A DNA stretch of 57,822 nt, taken from positions 1 to 57,822 of the forward strand of contig JACSRV010000109.1 in the NCBI GenBank assembly GCA_014879545.1, read 5' to 3'. The notes below the pieces were generated by a model, which was not told where the DNA came from, did not search any database, and was given only the letters and a program-made list of their open reading frames with translations. The stretch is from Chitinophagaceae bacterium. GTDB taxonomy: Bacteria > Bacteroidota > Bacteroidia > Chitinophagales > Chitinophagaceae. A program made the position numbers and the translations under genes. This document shows positions 18,057 to 27,700 of this stretch, piece after piece (the first letter of the stretch is position 1; each line of letters starts with the position of its first letter).

Positions 18057-18581
18057 ATGCCTGTACTACGTCCTTTCAATCTGCACAAATGGATAGAAGA
18101 GAACCGCGACCTTTTGAAGCCACCCGTTGGGAACCAATGTGTTTACAAAGAAGCTGACGATTTTATAGTAATGGTAGTGGGCGGACCTAATGCACGCAAG
18201 GATTTTCATTATAACGAAGGTGAGGAACTTTTCTACCAGTTGCAGGGAGACGTTGTTGTTCGTATCCAGGAAGACGGAAAGATCGTAGATATTCCTATTA
18301 AAGAAGGCGATATGTTCCTGCTTCCGGGGCGCACTCCACACTCTCCGCAGCGTGGTGCTGACACCGTGGGACTGGTACTTGAGATCAAGCGCAAGTCGGA
18401 AGAGATGGACGGTTTTATGTGGTTCTGCGAAAACTGTCACGAGAAACTGTACGACGAATACCTGCACGTTTCAGACATAGTGGCTCAGTTACCACCGGTA
18501 ATGAACGGATTTTACTCGGACGAAGAAAAGCGTACCTGTAAGAAATGCGGCACCATTATGGAGCCACCGGCAAAAAAATAA
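18057..18581 (+). CDS. nbaC: 3-hydroxyanthranilate 3,4-dioxygenase
   Basis: LKPPVGN, VGGPNARKDFH.NEGEELFYQ, PHSPQR; rubredoxin-like CENC...CKKC site. Confidence 0.96.
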   Translation: MPVLRPFNLHKWIEENRDLLKPPVGNQCVYKEADDFIVMVVGGPNARKDFHYNEGEELFYQLQGDVVVRIQEDGKIVDIPIKEGDMFLLPGRTPHSPQRGADTVGLVLEIKRKSEEMDGFMWFCENCHEKLYDEYLHVSDIVAQLPPVMNGFYSDEEKRTCKKCGTIMEPPAKK

Positions 18582-18590
18582 CGGCAACAA

Positions 18591-19142
18591 CTACATCAGG
18601 CCATCATCTTCATCGCGAAGGAGCCCGCTCATGAGCGCCTCCCACTGAGCAGTGGTGAGCCCATGCCACAGATCATCGGCATTGGTTTGGCGGTTGCGCC
18701 CGTGATACGAAGCATAAAGGTCCTTTCCTCGCCTTCCCACAACAATAGTGGTTGTATCGGTGTCGCCATCAGGCTGATCGACCGGCTTTAACCGCACTGC
18801 AAAAGTTTCTTCATCGGTATCAGGGTAATCGTCGTATTCGAGTGCTTCGATCACATAGGCATCATGGTCGGCCGTTGGTTGACCGGCAGAACCAGAAACG
18901 ATGAGAATATGATCGTGCCGGCGCGCGTGCCGACGGACCAGATGACCTGTAGCATCCTGCAATTGAAAACGTACTTCATCGAGCACACCTACGGTCGCCC
19001 AATCGGTAACCGCCAATAACCGATCCTTCGCATCAACAAAAATGAAGGAGGCATCGTCGACCGAGTCGCACCCAACTCTGCATACAATATCAGTTTCTGA
19101 TCCGATAGTGTGCGCCGGAACGAGATAGTGTGTTGTTTGCAT
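18591..19142 (-). CDS. Acidic hypothetical protein (start moved to 19142; 183 aa)
   Basis: The ORF-track extension runs through AT-rich intergenic DNA and overlaps the kinase gene. From MQTTHYLVP the sequence is protein-like (AKDRLLAVTDW, YHGRN, WEALMSGLL). Confidence 0.7.
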   Translation of the reverse strand: MQTTHYLVPAHTIGSETDIVCRVGCDSVDDASFIFVDAKDRLLAVTDWATVGVLDEVRFQLQDATGHLVRRHARRHDHILIVSGSAGQPTADHDAYVIEALEYDDYPDTDEETFAVRLKPVDQPDGDTDTTTIVVGRRGKDLYASYHGRNRQTNADDLWHGLTTAQWEALMSGLLRDEDDGLM

Positions 19143-19261
19143 GCGTGTTATTTTTATGAAAGATAATAAAAATATCGTGCCATATTTTATTGCCCGGGGC
19201 ATTTTGAATATGAAATTGAGAGGTGCCGCAAATTTTGTGGTAACTTGTAAGCCAGATAAAG

Positions 19262-20062
19262 ATGGTGACTGCAATGATGCCGGAGATAAGAACCGTGAAC
19301 GTAATAAGGTACGTGACGCCACTGCGCGAGGGCGGTTCTATGCCCGCGATTGCAGAGGCCGGTGATGGCTTTCTGTATGTACTGAAGTTCCGGGGAGCAG
19401 GACAGGGCAGGAAGGCACTGATAGCCGAGCTGATAGGCGGAGAACTGGCACGTGCGGCGGGACTAAAGATGCCTGAGATAGTATTTGCGCAACTGGATGC
19501 CGCGTTTGGCCGCACAGAGCCGGATGAAGAGATACAAGACCTGCTGAAAGCGAGCACCGGTCTGAACCTTGCAATACATTATCTTTCAGGGTCTATTACC
19601 TTCGACCCTACGGTAACAAAAGTTGATGCCAAAACCGCATCCATGATCGTATGGTTGGATTGCCTGCTGATGAATGTAGACCGCACTTGCAGAAACACCA
19701 ATATGCTTTGGTGGAACCGCGAATTGTGGCTCATTGATCATGGTGCTTCGTTATATTTTCACCATTCGTGGCAAAACTGGGAGGAAAAGTCAACTATGCC
19801 GTTTGCCATGATAAAGGACCATGTGCTATTGGCTTATGCGGGCATGCTGGAGGCTGTGAATGAGCCTATGAAAGCGCTACTGACACCGGAACTGGTGCGC
19901 AGAATTGTGGATCTGGTGCCCGACGAATGGTTGGTGGAAGACTCACCATTCACCACAGCAGAAGAACACCGGAATGCCTACTACCATTTTCTTACGGAAC
20001 GGATACAATCATCAGACAAATTCGTAAAAGCAGCCATCGATGCAAGATCAGCACTTATATGA
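19262..20062 (+). CDS. HipA-like (PI3/4-kinase-like) kinase; start may be 19274 or 19277
   Basis: Gly loop REGGSMP, catalytic Lys YVLKFRG, helix-C AELIGG, catalytic loop NVDRT..N, metal-binding LIDHG. Confidence 0.88.
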   Translation: MVTAMMPEIRTVNVIRYVTPLREGGSMPAIAEAGDGFLYVLKFRGAGQGRKALIAELIGGELARAAGLKMPEIVFAQLDAAFGRTEPDEEIQDLLKASTGLNLAIHYLSGSITFDPTVTKVDAKTASMIVWLDCLLMNVDRTCRNTNMLWWNRELWLIDHGASLYFHHSWQNWEEKSTMPFAMIKDHVLLAYAGMLEAVNEPMKALLTPELVRRIVDLVPDEWLVEDSPFTTAEEHRNAYYHFLTERIQSSDKFVKAAIDARSALI

Positions 20063-20420
20063 ATATGCCGTGATAAGGGTGGTGCCACGGGTGGAACGTG
20101 AAGAGTTCATCAACGTGGGCGTGGTGCTGTATTGTGCCGGCAAGAAATTCCTGAAATCGAAACTGTCAGATAATCTGGACAGGTTGCAATTCTTCCCCGA
20201 TGCAGACAGCGATGAAATAGCTGCCTACCTGGCGGCATTCGGAATGGTTTGTGCCGGGGCGAAAGAAGGCGGCACCATTGGTAAATTGCCACCGGCAGAG
20301 CGGTTCAGATGGCTTACTGCGACACGCAGCACCGTGGTGCAGGCATCGAAGGTGCACCCGGGATTTTGTAGCGATCCGGACAAAAAGCTGGAGGAACTTT
20401 TTGCACAACTTGTGGCCTGA
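20040..20420 (+). CDS. DUF3037 domain protein
   Basis: Signature YEYAVIRVVPRVEREEFINVGVVL and ERFRWLTATRSTVVQ.S.VHPG; overlaps the kinase by 23 nt. Confidence 0.88.
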   Translation: MQDQHLYEYAVIRVVPRVEREEFINVGVVLYCAGKKFLKSKLSDNLDRLQFFPDADSDEIAAYLAAFGMVCAGAKEGGTIGKLPPAERFRWLTATRSTVVQASKVHPGFCSDPDKKLEELFAQLVA

Positions 20421-20494
20421 TAGGTCTATAACCAATATCATTTTTCTAACGTTTTCCCGATGGTACCTTTGCGCTGTATCTCAACAGGAATAGT

Positions 20495-20956
20495 ATGCCA
20501 CTACAAGCAAAAGAGAAGGCGCCCGCCTTTGCTACGATAGATCAGAACGGACAAAAACACGCGCTCAAAGATTATAAGGGGCAAAAAGTAGCACTCTACT
20601 TTTACCCTAAAGACAATACTGCCACCTGCACAAAACAAGCTTGCAATCTGCGCGACAATTTTGCTTTGCTTAGGGAAAAGGGGGTTACCGTATTAGGAAT
20701 AAGCCCCGACGACGCCAAGAGCCACAAGAAATTTGAGTCAAAATTCACGTTGCCATTCACGTTGCTGGTTGATAATGATTCAGAAATTGCAAAGGAATAT
20801 GGCGTATGGGCATGGAAAAAATTCATGGGTAACGAATATTGGGGTATTCTACGCACTACTTTTCTGATAGATGAAAAGGGGAAGATTGCTCATGTGATAG
20901 AAAAAGTGAATAGTGCCGATCACGCTGCTCAGATCATTGAGGTATGGGGGCTTTAA
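20495..20956 (+). CDS. bcp: Thioredoxin-dependent thiol peroxidase (BCP/PrxQ)
   Basis: YFYPKDNTATCTKQAC (PxxxTxxC plus resolving Cys), RTTFLIDEKG; own TACCTTTG promoter at 20464-20471. Confidence 0.95.
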   Translation: MPLQAKEKAPAFATIDQNGQKHALKDYKGQKVALYFYPKDNTATCTKQACNLRDNFALLREKGVTVLGISPDDAKSHKKFESKFTLPFTLLVDNDSEIAKEYGVWAWKKFMGNEYWGILRTTFLIDEKGKIAHVIEKVNSADHAAQIIEVWGL

Positions 20957-21185
20957 TAGCTTTACTCCCATTTCCCGACCTTGTTTTCGTTGCTCATTTG
21001 GAAAGTTCCCGATTAGCCGGGAACAATGACGATATTTCTTTAATAAAAGCAGGTTTCAGCACTACCAACTCGCATAATTTTTGTACCTTTCGGGCGGTAT
21101 GAGCAATCATACCCTTTTTTGTCTTTATAAGAGACTGAAAAACAACAGGATAGTAAATTTTAGCTAGCCACAAACCGAAAAGACA

Positions 21186-21764
21186 ATGTACGCATTTATA
21201 GGAGGTGACCTTGTATATAAATCTCCGTCCCTGCTTCATGTAGACGTAAATGGGGTAGGCTATGAAGTAAACATCACTTTGCAGACCTATGTCAAGATAC
21301 AGCACCTGGACCGGTGCAGGCTATTTACCCACCTTCAGATAAGAGAAGACGCATGGGTACTGTATGGCTTTGCCGATGAAGATGAGCGCGCGACCTTCCG
21401 CCAACTGCTGAATATAAGTGGTGTTGGTGCTGCGACGGCACGCATTATACTTTCTTCACTTACAACAGACGAATTGGAGCGTGCCGTATCAGACGAAGAC
21501 TCGAAAGCGCTGGAACGAGTGAAGGGCATAGGCGGGAAAACAGCACAGAGGATCATTCTGGAACTGAAAGGAAAGCTGCAGAAACGTCAGAATAACACCA
21601 CTATAACCACCCCGAAACACAATACTACCCAGGAAGATGCGTTAATAGCGTTAGTGAATCTTGGCATCAGTAAGTCTGTTGCCGAGGGTGCTATTAATAA
21701 AATCAACAATATTTCTTCACTATCGGTCGAAGAGATCATAAAACAGGCATTGCGGGCCTTGTAG
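21186..21764 (+). CDS. ruvA: Holliday junction branch migration protein RuvA
   Basis: VNGVGYEV, IREDAWVLYGF, HhH motifs ISGVGAATA and VKGIGGKTAQRIILELKGK. Confidence 0.97.
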   Translation: MYAFIGGDLVYKSPSLLHVDVNGVGYEVNITLQTYVKIQHLDRCRLFTHLQIREDAWVLYGFADEDERATFRQLLNISGVGAATARIILSSLTTDELERAVSDEDSKALERVKGIGGKTAQRIILELKGKLQKRQNNTTITTPKHNTTQEDALIALVNLGISKSVAEGAINKINNISSLSVEEIIKQALRAL

Positions 21765-21783
21765 ACACGCAAGCGGTTAACCA

Positions 21784-24700
21784 TTGAAGGGGCAGAGTAA
21801 TTTCGGATACAGGTTTTTATTATTCATTGCGCTGGTAGTAGCAATAGCCAATGCTGCTGCCCGCGGCTTTCATCCGCTTTTCCCGAAACTGCTACCTGCC
21901 GAGGACACAACCGGCACCGACACCACAAAAGCAGACACATCCCGAAATCTGAAATTTCCTATTCACGACAAAACGGGCAACCCGGTGACCGACCAGTCTT
22001 TGCCCAAAAGTATTGATCTGGAAGACCCGAAGAATGTAAGGAAGACATTTGAGTACGATCCGGACTCCAACAGGTATTACTACACATCGAAAGTGGGCAA
22101 CGAATACCTTCGTAACCCTACTTATCTGACGCTGGACGAGTACATGAAGTACCGTGCCAAAGAAGATGAGAACGCCTACTTTCAGCGCAGGCTGGACGGG
22201 CTTATGCTCTTCAACAAAACACCTGAACTGCCCACGATGTATAAAGAAGGGCTGTTCGACCGCATATTCGGAAGCAGCACTATACAGGTGAAGCCACAAG
22301 GTAACGTGGACATCACGTTCGGCAATATATGGCAGAACATGAAGAACCCTACCCTTCCGATAAGGGCACAGAAATACAGTACGTTCGACTTTGACATGCA
22401 GATGAACATCAATCTGCTGGCAACCGTGGGCGATAAGCTAAAGTTGAATATCAGCAACAATACCAAGGCAACATTTGACTACCAAAACATTCAAAAACTG
22501 GACTACAACGGTAAGGAAGATGAAATGCTGAAAAAGATAGAAGCAGGAAACGTAAGCTTCCCGCTGAAGAGCAGCCTGATCAATGGTGTTCAGTCGCTGT
22601 TCGGTATCAAAACGCAGTTACAGTTTGGCAAGCTATGGGTGACGGGCGTTGTGTCTCAACAGAAGTCTCAGCGTAAGAGCCTGACGATACAAGGCGGATC
22701 ACAGTCGCAGCAGATAGCGATAAAGGCGAACAACTATGAAGAGAACCGAAACTTCCTTCTGGCACAGTACTTCCGCAATAACTACAACCGTTCTCTGAAA
22801 GACTATCCGGTAATAGCATCGGCAGTGACAATAAACAAAGTGGAGGTGTGGGTGACCAACAGGACCGGTGCTGTTGCCGGTGTCAGGGACATCTTGTGTC
22901 TTATGGACCTTGGTGAAGCTAATCCATACAACCCCATCCTTGGAAATGGCACCAACCCGGATGCATTGCCGGATAACGGAGCTAACCGCTTATACAGTCA
23001 GTTGCAACTGAACCCTCAGGGCAGGCAACAGAAGTCGGCCACGAATGCGGCTGTAGCGCTGGGCCTGAGCCAGGGTACAGACTTTGAGCGTACTACCGCG
23101 CGCCAGCTGTCGCCATCGGAGTTCACATTCAATCCTCGCCTGGGTTACATCATGCTGAACACGCAGATGAACCCTGATGATGTATTGGGTGTTGCCTATC
23201 GATATACCTACCGGGGTAAGGTGTATCAGGTGGGTGAATTCGCATCGGATCTTCCGCCGGACACCACCAACCCTAAAGTCCTCTTCCTGAAGTTACTTAA
23301 AGGAACAGCACCGCGCACCAGACTACCCGTATGGGACCTGATGATGAAAAACGTATATGCGCTGGGCGGCTTCGGCGTATCGAAAGACAACTTCACACTT
23401 AACATCCTGTATCAGGACCCGGGGGGAGGCGAAAAAAGGTATATGCCGGAAGGACCGCTGGCAGGTACACCATTCATCAGCCTGCTGAACCTGGACCACC
23501 TGAATGCACAGAACGAACCACAACCCGATGGTATCTTCGACTTTGTGGAAGGGATCACGATCAACACCCAACAGGGTAAGATCATCTTCCCTGTCCTGGA
23601 GCCATTCGGCAGTGATCTGAAAAAGACTGTGGTGAATGAACCCATACTGGAACGCAGGTACCTTTATCAGGTGCTGTATGACTCTACTAAGTGGGTGGCA
23701 CAGCAGTACCAGCAGAACGACCGCTACATTATGCGGGGTACGTACAAATCGTCTTCATCTTCCGACATATTTTTGGGTGGATTCAATATTCCGCAGGGAT
23801 CGGTATCGGTGAGTGCAGGTGGTACGCGACTGGTTGAAAACCAGGACTACTCGATAGAATATGGTCTTGGAAGGATAAAGATCCTGAACACAGGTATCCT
23901 TAACTCTGGCGTACCTATTAACATCCAGTATGAGGATAATGCCACATTCGGTTTCCAACAGCAGAACTTCATGGCCATGCGTCTGGATTACTACCAAAGT
24001 AAAAATCTGACGATAGGCAGTACCATCATGCGTTTGAAAGAACGTCCATTCACCCAGAAGGTAACCTTTGGCGATGACCCTATTCAGAACACTGTTATCG
24101 GTCTTGACGCGAACTACCAGAAAGAAGCGCCCTCTCTGACCCGCCTCGTAGACAAACTGCCAGTTTACTCAACAACTTCGCCATCATTCCTGAACACCAA
24201 TGTGGAAGTAGCAGGATTGTTGCCGGGTCACCCGAAACAGATCAACGCACTGGATCCTGAGGGAGCGGTTTACATTGACGACTTTGAAGGCACCAGCAGC
24301 GCCTATGACCTGAAATTCCCTGCACAAGCGTGGTCGCTGGCATCTACACCATTCGGAGCTGTAAGCTCAAGCGGACAAACACTTTTCCCGGAAGCATCGC
24401 TGAGCAACAATCACGCTTATGGTATGAACCGCGCACGCCTTGCCTGGTACATGCTGGACCCGACACTTGTGTACCCCAACAGCACATCACCGGCCTATGT
24501 AAAGAACGACTCCAACCAGCACTATATCCGAAGTGTGCAGGTACAGCAGGTGTTCCCAAACAGAAGTGCAACACTTGTAAATCAGACGCTTAACACCTTT
24601 GACCTTGGTTTCTACCCCAAGGATCGCGGACCATATAACTTTGACGTAACGAATATCAATCCTAACGACGGGCGCCTACTGAACCCTGAAAAGAGATGGG

Positions 24701-27700
24701 GCGGTATTACCAGAGCAATTGACAATACCGACTTCGAGGCATCGAATGTGCAGTACGTTCAATTCTGGGTGATGGATCCGTTCCTGAACAGCGCTAACCC
24801 CAATGGCGGATCGCTCTACATCAACCTCGGAAACGTGTCGGAAGATGTAATGAAAGACTCACGCCTGTTCTTTGAGAACGGTATTCCTTCTCCATTCGAC
24901 AAAACGAAAATGGACACAACCGCGTGGGGTTATGTTCCAAGGTTCCAGCAACAGATTACACGGGCGTTTGACAACGACAACGCCGCCCGCAAAATACAAG
25001 ACGTTGGTTACGATGGATTGCCTGACATGGGACAACCCGGACAGGAAAGCGAACAAACGATATTCAGGAGGTTCCTTACCGGTCTTGCCCAGAAACTTAA
25101 CGGAGGCATCAACAATCCGGCTTATGTACAAGCAGAAAATGACCCGGGATTTGACAACTATAAATTCTTCAGGGATTCATCTTTCAGTACCGCACCCGAC
25201 CCGGACAACATCAGTGTTCTAACTCGCTACAAACACTATAACAACCCTGATGGTAACACGCCTATCAGCCCTGCAACAAGCACCATCGCCACTTCGGGAA
25301 CAACCACGCCTGAGTCGGAAGACATTAACAGGGATAATACCCTGAACGAATCTGAGGCATACTTCCAGTACCGTATCGACTTCAAGCCGAACATGACAGT
25401 AGGCACCAACTACATCATCAGTGTGCAGGATAATCCGGGAGGAGTGAAACTACCTAACGGAACAACTGAACCTGAACGCTGGTACCAGTTCAAGATACCG
25501 ATACAGAACTATGAGCGTCGTGTGGGCGGCATATCTGACTTCCGTTCTATCCGCTTTATGCGTATGTTCCTAACGGGATGGCAGGACAGTGTGTACCTGC
25601 GTTTCGCATCGCTGGAACTGGGCCGTAACCAGTGGCGCCAGTATAACTACTCGCTGAACCAACCGGGTGAGAACGTTCCTCAACAGAATCAGGGCCTCAC
25701 CGACTTCTCAGTTATCAGCGTAAGTCTTGAAGAGAATGCATCCCGCGAACCGGTGCCATATGTACTCCCTCCGGGTGTTAACAGGCAACAGACAGCCAAT
25801 CCACAAGGGGGCGCGCAAACACTCCTTCTGAACGAGCAATCGCTGTCACTCCGCGCCTGTGCACTGCAGGACGGTGATGCACGTGGTGTCTTCAAAGAAG
25901 TGAACGTGGACATGCGCCAGTTCAGCTACCTGCGCATGTTCCTGCATGCGGAATCGATGGTTGGTCAGACACCGGTAAGGGATGCAGACGTGAACGCGTT
26001 TATCCGTATCGGTAGTGACTTCACCAACAACTATTACGAATACCGCACACCACTGACTATTACCCCACTCGGAACGGGCCGTAATGCGGTGACCACCATC
26101 TGGCCGGAAGCCAACAACGTAAACATCAAACTGCAAGAGCTGGTTGATGCAAAGAAAGAGCGTGATGCCCGTGGCTGGCCGACTCACATTCCTTTCGAAA
26201 CAAAGGATTCAAAAGGCAACCCTATTATCATTATCGGAAATCCAAACATAGGTGGCTCTAAGAACATAATGCTCGGTCTGGTAAACCCGAAGAAGACGAG
26301 CACCACTCCGGGAGATGACGGTCTGCCCAAATGTGTGGAAGTTTGGTTTGACGAAATGCGCATATCGGGCACTAATGACCAGGCCGGCTATGCCGCGGCG
26401 GGCAAAGTATCGGTGCAGCTGGCAGACCTTGGCAACGTGACCCTTTCGGGCAGTATGCACACACCCGGCTATGGCAACATAGACCAGAAGATACAGCAGC
26501 GTTTTCAGGACATGTACTACCAGTACAACGGAGGAACGAATCTCGCATTGGGTAAATTGCTGCCACGTGAATGGGGCGTGCAACTGCCTGTATATCTTGG
26601 CTACACACAAAACGTGAGCACACCCAAGTACAACCCGTTCGATCAGGACGTGTTGTTGCAACATGAACTGAATAATGCCCGTACCCAAAGAGCGCGCGAC
26701 TCTATACGCAGCGCTGCACAAGATTTCACATCTATCGGCAGCTTCAACATCACCAATGCCCGCATACAAGGAAATGCAGCCAACCCCAACAACAACAAAC
26801 GCATGCCGTGGAGCGTAAAGAACTTCGACTTCACGTATTCATACAACAATCAGTTCAAACACAATCCGGTGCTGGAAATGGACAAGCTGAATACACAGCG
26901 ATACGGAGTCGGATACACCTATGCGATAAAAACGAAGCCGGTAGAGCCATTCAAGAACGCGATAAAGTCTAAATCGAAATGGTTGTCGCTGGCAAAGGAC
27001 TTCAACTTCAACCCACTGCCATCAACTCTTAACGTAAGAAACGACCTGAACAGAATATCTCAGGAGATACAGATTCGTAATATCGACGATGGTAGCGGCT
27101 ACAAGATCCCGGCAACCTTTTTCAAGAACTTCACTTGGAACAGAACCTATTCGCTTCGATGGGAGATCATGAAGTCGATATCTATTGACTACTCCGCAAC
27201 AAATATATCGAGGGTGAATGAACCGTATGGGCGTATAAACACCCCTGAAAAGCGTGACTCACTTTTCAGGAACATCAGTACGATGGGTAGAAACAACTCG
27301 TTCAACCAGACATTTAACAGCACGTATAACGTGCCTTTGTCTAAACTGCCACTGACAGACTGGATGAGCACGCGACTCGGCTACTCGGCAACATACAACT
27401 GGACCACAGCCCCGCCGATCGCGTATGCACAGGGTAATACGATAGGTAATACACAGACAAAAACGGTGACCAGCGAATTCAACATGACGCAGCTATACAA
27501 TAAGTCGAGGTGGCTGAAGGCGTTGAACAACAAACCACGGAAACCGGGTGAAGCCAGAAAAGGTGACGCACCGAAACCGGGTGAGAAAAGTAAAGAACCG
27601 ACCGACCTGAGAAAATCGGCGCCGGCGGGCATGGGAAAATCGGGCATGGACCGGGGCGGCAAAGTTATTGACGACCAGATCGAGCCACCTCCCGGCGATG

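Noticed and set aside
21099-21167. 22-codon ORF (MSNHTLFCLYKRLKNNRIVNFS) upstream of ruvA
   Set aside because: AT-rich intergenic sequence with no distinctive composition and no support beyond an ATG.
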